Assembly (NCBI RefSeq): GCF_001194135.2 | Contig: NC_068989.1 | Coordinates: 11,309,841 to 11,355,844 of the forward strand | Source: Octopus bimaculoides | Lineage: Eukaryota | Direction of reading: 5' to 3' | Length of the DNA: 46,004 bases | Shown here: one piece after another, positions 35,733-45,662 of the stretch | Numbering within the stretch: position 1 is the first letter of the stretch | Layout: each line of letters begins with the position of its first letter | Position numbers and translations under genes: made by a program | Notes under the pieces: model-generated | What the model was told of the DNA's origin: nothing | The model's database searches: none | The model's input: the letters and a program-made list of their open reading frames with translations, nothing else

Positions 35733-35936
35733 ATGCATGTCATTGTATCTTTGTACTCCCTGCAGCCGGGCAATTGGTTTTGATTCATGTCCTCGTAACT
35801 CAGCAGTTTGGCAAACCAGATCAACAAAATAAATATCAGACTGTAAGTAACAGGGTCAAATTGTTCGACTAAACCCTTCAAGGCAGTACCCCAGCATGGC
35901 CACAGTCGAATGACTGAAGCAAGTAAAAGATGAAAG
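35288..35936 (+). mobile_element. SINE family A-like host split by a B insertion
   Basis: A sequence resumes at 35659. Confidence 0.75.
35439..35658 (+). mobile_element. SINE family B with imperfect ~18-bp TSD
   Basis: GAAACTGTGAGGAAGCCTG (35420-35438) and GAAACTGTGTGAAGCCTG (35659-35676). Confidence 0.88.
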
Positions 35937-36000
35937 ATCTCCAGAAATCTTTTGGAATATAACTGAAGAAGCTGCATCTTTTATAGCTTGTGATGGAACA

Positions 36001-36143
36001 AGCAGTAGGAATAAGCAGCAGCAGCAGTAGTAGTAGTAGTAGTAGTAGCAGAAGCAACAGTAGTAGTAGCAGCAGTAGTAGTAGTAGCAACAGCAGCTGT
36101 TGTAGTAGTAGTAGTAGTAGTAACAGCTGTAGTAGTAACAGCT

Positions 36144-36200
<57 letters not shown>

Positions 36201-36404
36201 TAATAGTAGTAGTATAGCAGCAGCAACTGTAGTAGTAGTAGTAGCAACTGTAGTAGTAGTAGTTGTTGTATAGTAGTAGTAGTAGTAGTAGCAGCAACTA
36301 TAGTAGAGTAGCAGCAGCAGCAACTGTAGTAGTAGTAGTAGTAGTAGTAGCAGTAGCAGCAGCAGCAGCAGCAGCAGCAATAGTAGCAGCAGCTGTAGTA
36401 GTAG
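36001..36404. repeat. Compound (AGT)/(AGC) trinucleotide array
   Basis: Direct. Confidence 0.96.
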
Positions 36405-36762
36405 ACATTTAGGAGTGTGGGTGAGCGGGTGGGAAAGTTTAAAGAGAACAGTGTGTCTTTTTGTGTATGAAACTGTATTAATGTTGTTTATTCAACTTTG
36501 AAGAAGTTATTGTCCTAATTAAATGTTCTGCTTTGTGTTAATTACATACCAGTATGATTTGTAGGTTTTTAGGATGATTGTTTCTAGTTTCTAGTATTAG
36601 TCTTACTAGGCTGACGAATGATCTGTTCCTGTGAATGACTATTTAAGAACCACAAATGGGCAGCTGAGTTGATAAAATAGCAGATAAACACTTGTTTTAT
36701 GTTTATTGGTCTATATCCTAGCACTATGCTGTATTTGTGGTCATCATACTTAATTCTAACAG

Positions 36763-36832
36763 ATAAAATGGAATCAAAGGAAGCTGGTGGTGGTGGTGGT
36801 CAGTTTTGGAAAGATTTGTGTTATTTAGAAAA
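36763..36832 (+). other. Candidate 70-nt exon (KMESKEAGGGGGQFWKDLCYLE)
   Basis: ATTCTAACAG acceptor, AA|GTGAGG donor, one open frame. Confidence 0.22.
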
Positions 36833-36984
36833 GTGAGGGAAAGAGTACAGTGAAATTGCCGTGGGGAGTGTTGTATCTAGAGTTTTATAGCCTCGACATT
36901 TCAGCAACTGGCTGCAACTGATGGGTCTGTAGCCTGCTCAGCTCTGTATTCTGCTCATTTGAGAGATCTTATCTTACTGGTACT

Positions 36985-37190
36985 TGGCAACCCCACCAGT
37001 GTGAGTGTCACATAAAAGGCACCCAGTACATTCTGTTAAATGGTTAGCATTAGGATGGGCATCCAACTGTAGAAACCATGCCAAAGCAGACATAGGACCT
37101 GGTGAAACCCTCTGGCTCCTCTGTTCTTGTCAAACCACCCAACCCATGACAGCACAGAAAAAAGAATGTTAAATGATGATAATGATGACG
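36985..37190 (+). mobile_element. Family F-like, diverged
   Basis: GGCATTAGG/GGGCATCCA motif and (GAT)n tail. Confidence 0.7.
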
Positions 37191-37365
37191 AGGGTCATGT
37201 ACTGGGGTTGATCTAACTCAACTCTTTCTCTCTTTATTTTCTTTCTCTTTATTCAAAATGCAGCACTACATATATTTTCATTTTATGTAGTAAGTTTCAT
37301 AAAATAAATATTAGAAAACTTTCATCTTTTGTGTTAAAAATAAACATTCATTCTTGTTACTAAGA

Positions 37366-37451
37366 TACTAATGGTTCTCTTTTTTTTTTTCTTTGTGTTT
37401 GTTTAGGTAAGTGTTTCTCTGCTACCATTTTCTTTGCTGCTAGTGGTGAGT
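37366..37451 (+). promoter_or_regulatory. Strong 3' splice site fused to a 5' splice site (candidate recursive splice site) with 39-nt exon 37407-37445
   Basis: TACTAAT (37366-72), long poly-Y, TAG|GTAAGT (37404-37412), downstream G|GTGAGT (37446-51). Confidence 0.6.
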
Positions 37452-37807
37452 ATGTTATTATTATTGGTTGTTACCTTTTAAATCGGTCTCCCTCTCTAAT
37501 ATATATATTTTTAAAAAAATAAACTAACATTAAGTCTGTAAAAGATATTTATAATAATCTTAATCTGCTTGTTACAACATTTGTGTGTTTGAGTGTTATG
37601 CTGTAAACAACCTTAACTAAGAAACTGAAATGAAGACAGAATTGAGAGTTTTGATATGGTGAAAACAAGTTGGAGGATTATGTTCTAAACAACGTTAACT
37701 ATAGAATAAAATCAAATTATTATTGAAATTTTTAATGTTACCAAACAGTTCTCTGAAAATCCATAAATTTATGTTTCAAAATAGAATATATATATATATA
37801 TATATAT

Positions 37808-38006
37808 CGCCATGATTAATCGCTGACCAAAACATTCAATTTTTTTTCTCCGTGTTTTTCTCCTTGTTTTCTCCGTATTCTTTCTGTTGAAGAGCGTAGC
37901 TCGAAACATTAAAGACTTTCTGCATTCCTGAGCGTCAAACTAATACATCCTTTTGTTGTTTACACCACCTGTCCTCGTCTGTTGTTGTTTTTTTTCGTAA
38001 ATTCTC

Positions 38007-38008
<2 letters not shown>
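37808..38008 (+). mobile_element. Penelope-like terminal repeat fragment inserted in (TA)n
   Basis: (TA)n on both sides, HHR-like motif inside, second partial copy at 14050. Confidence 0.65.
37879..37915 (+). ncRNA. Degenerate minimal type I hammerhead motif
   Basis: UCUUU-CUGUUGA-A-GAGC(GUA)GCUC-GAAA-CAUU-AAAGA; A6 is U and stem III is disrupted. Confidence 0.55.
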
Positions 38009-38082
<74 letters not shown>

Positions 38083-38153
38083 TTATTTATATATATATTT
38101 ATTTATATAAGGGCATTACTATACAATAATACCTCACGCTATTATTGAATTTA

Positions 38154-38188
<35 letters not shown>

Positions 38189-38846
38189 TTATATATGTGT
38201 GTGTGTGTGTCTTGAAAGGGTAGAAAAATGGATTATTCTCAACGCAGCACTCAACCCTGGCTTGAGGATATCTATGCTCTTGAATTGTAGTCTTAAGACT
38301 GAAATTCTTTGGGTGTAGAAAATTCAGGTGTCATATCGGAAAAACCAATGTGTGAGTTTAACAGAAAGTAAAATATAAACCAAATTCGAAGATGAAGAAA
38401 TAGTTTATCGCATCATTAATGACCATTTACAATTGTTTCAGTACCAACTCTGTTTTTAATGCCATTGCATGCAAAAAAGTTCAATGTGGAAAGTTATGTA
38501 ATATTCGCAGTTTTCAATACTAAAGTGGCATTTCGCTAGACTTGTGTTGTAAGAGCGCATCTTTTAATGCAAATCTGATGAAGTGCTGCTCTAGTGTTTA
38601 AAACCCATGAGTATTATGTTACTTTTCATATGGAACTTTTGCATGAATTAATATTAAAAACGGGGTGCTACAGAAACAATTGTAACTAGTCATCTTTCTT
38701 TGTCTTATTTGGATTATATATAAATACCCACACACGCACACACATATATGTATATACATGAAACCATATAGTATATTTTACATTATATACACAAGTGTAT
38801 TTGAAATATTACTTCCTTGCTTGTAAAATATGCAACACATTAGGGT

Positions 38847-39233
38847 ATGAGACGTGTGTCTGCCAAATTTGTGCCAAAACTATTTTCAGCTGACCACTCA
38901 GGTTTCAGTTGCACAAGATCTTGATTGTGTCAAGAACAATGAAAACTTTTTGAAAATTTTGCGTAGGACTCTGAGCAGGTATCGCCAAGTTTTTGGCAAA
39001 ATTTGATGCAGGTTTTCTGCTCAACTTTCTCTGTCATGGTCAATGTAATGATCATACACTACACACCTTCCTTCCAAGCATTGCTGGACACAGCGGAAGT
39101 GAGCTAGAATGTTAAAATTTAGTGCACCTGTACTGAAGAATTTAAGGTCAATCTTTGCCTAGTGGCTTTACTTTGCATGCTTTGGTTTCGTTACTATGGC
39201 AACAGTCCGGTTACTTATTGATCAGACCACGTA
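38847..39233 (-). mobile_element. Tc1/mariner transposon remnant, internally inverted, non-functional
   Basis: Minus strand: TA-TIR-like end at 39233, then ATG at 39037 MTEKVEQKTCIKFCQKLGDTCSESYAK; plus strand 38847: MRRVSAKFVPKLFSAD then, frameshifted, QVSVAQDLDCVKNNENFLK; both resemble mariner transposase motifs. Confidence 0.88.
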
Positions 39234-40301
39234 TAATGTAAAACATCTCATTTGGTTTCAGACTTGTTCCACTGCTTGACATGATAAGCATATTTCTTCC
39301 ATTATACTCTTAAGGTAACCAGTATCTTGTGTGTGGGAAATGGAAAAATTTGGTTGAGAGACATTATGCTGAAGTACGTCTTGTGTGTGTGTATGTGTGT
39401 GTGTGTGAGAGAGAGAGAGAAAGGGAGAGAGAGAGAGAGAGAGAGAAAGGGAGAGAGAGAGAAAGAGAGATCAATATTGTTAACATTATCACACAGTGCT
39501 CTGCAGATCCAGAAATTTATACATCAAAGTAGCAATAAAAAAAAAATATTAAAAAAATTATAAAGTGTAAAATATCCGTGTGTCTGCGTCTATTGGGTAC
39601 AGTGACAGTGTTTGTGAGTTTAAGGTGCTAGACTACCTCACCTTGTGTTATTAAGTTCTGATGTTTAACTTATACTAGGCCCATTGTTGTTGTGCTCCTG
39701 AGCAAAGCACACTCACATAACATTTGCTTCTGTAGGTAATTTGCCTGGCTGTGACGGAAAACAGGTTCCCATCTTCATGGTTGAATTATGCATATTTGGT
39801 ATTTGAAAAAAAACAACAAAAAAAAAGAACAAGTTGTAAAAAGAAAAAAGAACAAATAGACTCGTTCCAATTGAACCCCTTTCATAGTAGTCTGCTCTGA
39901 AGTTGTAGGGTTATTTGTATGATGATTTTTGTTTTTATAAAGTAGCATACGCAACACTCCTTTCTGGTGTGGCTGTCTATCCTATTATGGATATGTGTGG
40001 AATTCTTCTTACACGATACAGTGAGACTCCTTCTTCTCCTCTGTATTGAGACTCATTACAGAATGACCTCTCCTCCTCCTCCACCCTCTCTCTTTATCTT
40101 TCTCTCTTTCTCTCTCTCTGTGCTCTGTACTTTCCCTGTTTATATTCTGTGTGTAACTCTTTCCTATTCTGACTGTTAATTGTCCACATTTTTGTTGAAG
40201 TCAGATGCGTGTTCTTCATGTAGGCACAGCATGGTTAAGTAATGGTTCAGAAGAAGTTCGCTTCACAGTCACAAACAAGGTCCCCCCCCCCNNNNNNNNN
40301 N

Positions 40302-40663
40302 GGTCGACTTTGCCTTTCATCCTTTCGGGGTCGATAAATTAAGTACCAGTTACGCACTGGGGTCGATGTAATCGACTTAATTCATTTGTCTGTCCTTGTT
40401 TGTCCTCTGTATGTTTAGCCCCTTGTGGGCAGTAAAGAAACAAGAGATGTTAGCACGCTGGGCGAAATGCTTAGCGGTATTTCGTCTGCTGCTATGTTCT
40501 GAGTTCAAATTCTGCTGAGGTCGACTTTGCCTTTCATCCTTTCGGGGTCGATAAATTAAGTACCAGTTACGCACTGGGGTCGATGTAATCAACTTAATCC
40601 CTTTGTCTTTCCTTGTTTGTCCCCTCTGTGTTTAGCCCCTTGTGGACAATAAAAAAATAAGAA
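40302..40663 (+). mobile_element. SINE family B head-to-tail dimer
   Basis: Two successive units after the 10-N gap. Confidence 0.9.
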
Positions 40664-40881
40664 ACTCTAAATAGAAGCCAGTTGGTTTGTGTTTATGTGT
40701 ACTTAAAGAAAAAAATACAGCCTTGTCTCACTATCATCATCATCATCATCATCATCATCTAATGACCCTTTTTATGTTGCCCTTAATTGGATGGTTCCAA
40801 CAAGGGCTGTCAAGCCAGAAGACTGCACCAAGCTCTACTGTCTGCTTGGGTATGATTCCTATGGCCAGACACCCTTCTTTT

Positions 40882-41120
40882 GTGGAGCTGCGTGGCTTAG
40901 TGGTTAGGGTGTTGGACTTATGATCGTAAGATTGTGGTTTCGATTCCTGGACTAGGCAGTGCATTGTGTTCTTTAGCAAAACACATCATTTCACATTGCT
41001 CCAGTCCACTCAACTGGCAAAAGTGAGTAAATCTGTGACAGACCGGTGTCCCGTCCAGGTGGTGAATATATCCGCCACAAAACCAGGAAACCAGCCTTTA
41101 TGAGTCAGTATGACTCAAGA
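40882..41120 (+). mobile_element. SINE family E
   Basis: TGGCTTAGTGGTTAGG / GGTTTCGATTCC boxes. Confidence 0.85.
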
Positions 41121-41304
41121 AGGTAACTTTACCTGATTTTACCTTTATGCCCTTCCTAACACCAATCCCTTTATAGAATGTACTGAGCCCTTTTCAGATG
41201 GCACCAGCACCAGTGAGGTCACCTGGTAACACATGATAAGATTGCTCAACTACAGGTGTTGGAGTAGTATTGAAGGAGGTAGCTTTGTGACAGGTGAGGA
41301 GAGA

Positions 41305-41535
41305 TTAACCCTTTAGCAATCAGATTATTCTGTCACAAGTAATGCTTATTTATTCACATTGTTTTTAATTAATCATGCATTATCTTGGAGCTCTGAGATT
41401 TTGATGTGGTAACTGTTAGTTTTTTAGAATGACATTGTAGGGTAGAATTGAGAAACCATATCTGGCCAGTTTGAGCATAAAGCAGGTAGAATATATTTTG
41501 GCTGGATATGGCCGGTTTAGATACTATAGGGTTAA
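41305..41535 (-). mobile_element. TTAA/piggyBac-type MITE family 1, full length
   Basis: TTAA-CCCTTTAGCA ... TACTATAGGG-TTAA. Confidence 0.88.
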
Positions 41536-42309
41536 AGTATGATAGAGGAGGGACGGGAACTGGTGTCTTGGTGTAGGGGAGATACATGGGTACCCCAGTT
41601 GGAAAAGAATGTGAATGGTAAAGAAGATGTGTCAGGGAAAAACCTCAAGAAAATTTTTGTTTGAGATTTCAGACAGTTCTGAAGTATTCACATTCATGTT
41701 TGTTAACACTGATAATGATAGGGTTAATGAATGATTAATTGTAATAATAATAATAATTATCATAATGATTATCATAATGATTTCTAACTTTGGCACAAGG
41801 AGAAGGGTGAGAGTGTATGAGATTGATTGAACCAATTTTTTGGTATTGAACTTGTAAATCAGTTTATTGACTCTGGAAGGATGGCCAGCAGTGTTGAACT
41901 CGGAATGTTTCAGGATGCTTATAAATACCACAAGGCATTTAGTTTGGCAATCTACCATTTCTCCATCTCCACTGGCTTTTAACAACAACAACAACAACTA
42001 ATAATAATAATAATGATAATTTTTGGAATTGCCAAATGAAATAATTTAGCCATTTTAATCTATATTATTGGACATTTTATGTCAAGTTTAAAAATGTAAT
42101 TATAAGCCATACATTGGAAGAGAAGGTTTCTTAAGTCTTTTTGAAGGGAAAAAAAGAAAAAGAAAGAACAATATATCTGTCTGCATATGCCTTCAAGAAA
42201 ACATTACTTTTACTTCTAATTTACCAAGTTTTTACCAAAAAATTTTTTTGTTTGTTAATATATATATTTTATATGGTGTGTGTGTTTATTTTAAATCTCT
42301 AATTCTTGC

Positions 42310-42670
42310 CAGAAATTGCTTCCAACCAATATTATCTTTTTGCCTTTGCACAGACATATAAATACAAACCTCCATGTCCCTGTCCGTAATTCCTTAACTT
42401 TTTTAAATTCAATCAATTCTACAGCATTTTCAATTCTTGGCTTGGAATTTGCGCATTTCCAATTATCTGAAATATACCAATTTTTTCTTACTTCTAGCTT
42501 TCCTCCCCGCTCTCTCTCACCCGCTCTTTATTCTACTAAATACTACCAACTCTAAATACCATTAGCTACTCCTGCTTAAATGGTTACACGGAGATGATCA
42601 TATGAATTTTCAAATTTATATCCGTCTGCTTTCTGGTCTCTTTAAACGCTTATACTTTTTCTTTCGCCAT
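42310..42670 (+). mobile_element. Possible decayed LINE fragment
   Basis: Complex sequence with a 79-aa ORF vaguely like LINE endonuclease segments; recall only. Confidence 0.25.
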
Positions 42671-43365
42671 ACTCTCTCTCTCTCTCTCTCTATCTCTCTC
42701 TTTCTCTGTCTCTCTCTCTCTCTCTAACTCCCTCTTTCTGTCTTCCTAACTGTTTTCTGTTACTCATCTTCTTTGTTATATACTCTTCGTTCTTTCTGTT
42801 CTTCGTATAAATAAAGAACAACAACAAACAAAAAGTAAAACAAAAACAAGTGCAAAGGAAATCAAATGGAAATGAAGAAAAATTCTGACAGATATTGCAT
42901 CAAAAAAATATATATTTCTTTTGTCTTTCTGGAATTTTGGGGGAAGAAGAAGAAGAAGAAGGAGAAGGAGAAGAAGAACAACTTGTAGCTGATCACCGGA
43001 AATGAAAGCCTTTTATTAGCACATGAACGACTTGTGTTTTGTTGACTGGAGAAAGAATGCCTGAATTGTTAAAAAAAAAAAAAGAAAAAAAAATGATTTG
43101 GTCTTACTTTATTTTGATTTGATTGAATAGTTTAATTTTTTTTCTTTCGCCATCATCATCAACATCATCATCACCATCATCATCATTGTCATCATCCATC
43201 ATACCACAATACCCATACATACATGAATAAAACACATAGAGCTCTTCGACATAAATACACACACATATGAAAAAGAGAGAGTAGGTATGTATTTTCAAGG
43301 AATTCTATTTATTCTGTTGTGTTTTATTATATTCTTATTTATTTATTATTTTTTTATTTCATCAG

Positions 43366-43454
43366 TACTGCAAAGTTGAGAGTCAATGGTCAACATTATT
43401 GATATTCTTTTGCTTGCATTTCTTTATGTCTACAACAGAAAATGGTACTTTCTG
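43366..43454 (+). other. Candidate exon with alternative acceptors (89 nt from 43366 or 16 nt from 43439)
   Basis: Two poly-Y+CAG acceptors; strong CTG|GTAAGG donor at 43455. Confidence 0.35.
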
Positions 43455-43549
43455 GTAAGGAATTCCAAACTTTTGCAGGGTCACTAAGAAAGTTTGACAT
43501 TTGAGATAACTTCTAAAAACTTGGCATGGCTAGAATGAGACATACATAC

Positions 43550-43600
<51 letters not shown>

Positions 43601-43619
43601 CTGCGGTCTTCATGTTCAT

Positions 43620-43748
43620 CACATGGCCTTGTGTTTAGTCCTTCTGCATGGCATCTTGATCAAGTGTCTTCTACTATAGACTCAGGCTGACCAGAGCCTT
43701 GTGAGTGTATGTAGCTGATGGAATCTCGAAGAACTCCTTCGTGTGTGT
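43620..43748 (+). mobile_element. Old SINE family A head fragment
   Basis: CAAGTGTCTTCTACTATAG motif. Confidence 0.7.
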
Positions 43749-43928
43749 TACAGTCCACAGTTTCAGAAAATGTAAATTTGAATGTTTTTGTGTGATTTTA
43801 ATTTTAAATTTAATATAGGGGCAGGCATATACTTTTTCCATCCAAGGGTTTTTTAACCCAACAGTTACATGCTATTAATTATAGCTTTATTTCCTTCGGG
43901 TTCAACCTTTAAAAACATTAAAAAATAG

Positions 43929-44229
43929 AAAGAATAAGAAGTTTTGAATGGTACAACAATGCACTATAATACAAAAAATGGACTATCTACCTGTTGTCAT
44001 TTAGTCATCCATAGTCCGATGATATTTTGGAATACAATTCCTCCTTCAGATATTCTTAGATGGAGTCGCTGCTATAATCGGTTTTCCAGCGACTCCATCT
44101 AAGAATATCTGAAGAAGGCATTGTATTCTGAAATATCATCGGACTATGGATAACTAAATTACAACAGGTAGATAGTCCATTTTTTGTATTATAGTGCATT
44201 GTTGTACCATTCAAAACTTTTTATTCTTT
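43929..44229. repeat. 301-bp near-perfect palindrome (143-bp arms, 15-nt loop); probable inverted Penelope-like repeat pair
   Basis: Arms 43929-44071 and 44087-44229; each arm has a decayed HHR motif. Confidence 0.93.
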
Positions 44230-44340
44230 AAAAAATATATTTATGTATGTGTTAGCTCCAGTTTTCTGAAGCCTCTGTGATTGTTGAGTATATAAACAAA
44301 TTGACTATTTGTTTCTCTGGGATTAGTCAAATCGAAGTAG

Positions 44341-44388
44341 ACACCGCTGATGAGAATTCAATAACATTCGAAAATCGATTAAAGGTGT
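44341..44388 (+). ncRNA. Minimal type I hammerhead motif, core intact, proximal stem I imperfect
   Basis: ACACCG-CUGAUGA-GAAU(UCAAUAAC)AUUC-GAA-AAUCGAUU-A-AA-GGUGU. Confidence 0.68.
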
Positions 44389-44469
44389 TCATCATTTTTT
44401 TTTTAATCTGCAGAGCTAAAATTAGCCCTGTTTATAAACGTACTATATAGGTTAATCGTAGTCGTGGTC

Positions 44470-44655
44470 ATTACCGGTGTCAGGTAAATGGCATGTGAAA
44501 GCACCCATTACACACTTGGAGTGGCTGGCATTAGGAAGGTCATCCAGCTGTAGAAGCTATGCCTGGAACCTGGTGCCACTCTTCAGCTTACCAGTTCCAG
44601 TCAAGCCGTGTAACCCATGCCAGCATGGAGAGTGTACGTTAAATGATGATGACGA
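44470..44655 (+). mobile_element. Family F
   Basis: GGCATTAGGAAGGTCATCCAGCTGTAG...(GAT)n. Confidence 0.8.
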
Positions 44656-45144
44656 CATCATCATTGTCATCATTTAACATCCGTTGTCCTTACTGGCATG
44701 ATATCTATCTATCTGTCTGTCTGTCCGTCCATCCATCTATCCATCCATCCATCCATCCATATATATATGTATGTATGTGTTTGTGTGTATGTATTCCCTG
44801 GTATGACGAGTTAAAAAAAGTTGTGCCCAGTCACTTAGAATAAAGAACTCCAAAATATGTTTGAGAATGAATAAACATTTGATTGGTAAATGTTAGTCCA
44901 CTGTGGGTTCAAGGGTTAGCGATGATGATGGTTTTTCCTTCCTTCTTGACTAATGTTATGGAGTATGTTCCAGTCTGTGGGCTTTTTTTTTTTGGTTTTG
45001 TTTTTGTACTTACTCATAATTGTATTGCAGATTACCTTTGTGATAAGTTGCTTTCTCCATTTCATATAGGTTTTTTTAGTTTTGTCTGAACTGACAAGGA
45101 TGTTATTTGATAACCTTCATGTCTTAATTTTACTAAAAACTAAG

Positions 45145-45363
45145 ATGGGAAGCTAGCAGAAATGTTGGCACGCCAGGCAAAATGCTTAGCGGTATTTCGT
45201 CTGTCTTTACGTTCTGAGTTCAAATTCCGCCAAGGTTGAATTTGTCTTTCATCCTTTCAGGGCTGATAAATTAAGTACCAGTTGCATACTGGAGTTGATC
45301 TAATTGACTGGCCCCCTCCCCCCAAAATTTTGGGCTTTGTGTCTAGAGTAGAAAAGAATTCTA
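45145..45363 (+). mobile_element. SINE family B (tail type 2)
   Basis: Full unit. Confidence 0.9.
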
Positions 45364-45662
45364 CTAAAGATTTCTGGAAAAGAATGGTCAATCTTCCTTA
45401 ATTTGATATTTTTGATAGTCCTGTAATGTTTCTCTTCAAAAGGCACTGGCAATCCATTTATGGGGTGGGGTTCTTGTATGATTTAAATCCTTAGTTCTTG
45501 TTTCGGCTGTGTTCTTCTGATGGTTTGTTGAAAAAAAAGCCTAAGTTTTTTTTGCATTAAGCACTTGATGTGAATTTCCCAAGAAGGTTTACATCAAGTG
45601 CCCCACAGAGAAGGATCTTGATTTTGTTCATTTCCTGTCTTTCATGAGAAAATGTCTGACAA

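Noticed and set aside
39720-39742. Second AG|GT juxtaposition (TGTAG|GTAATT)
   Set aside because: Short poly-Y, weaker donor, lies in a decayed CORE-like SINE remnant.
905-44843. ORFs with poly-I/N/L/S/Y, (HT)n, (CV)n, (YI)n, (RE)n
   Set aside because: Translations of microsatellites.
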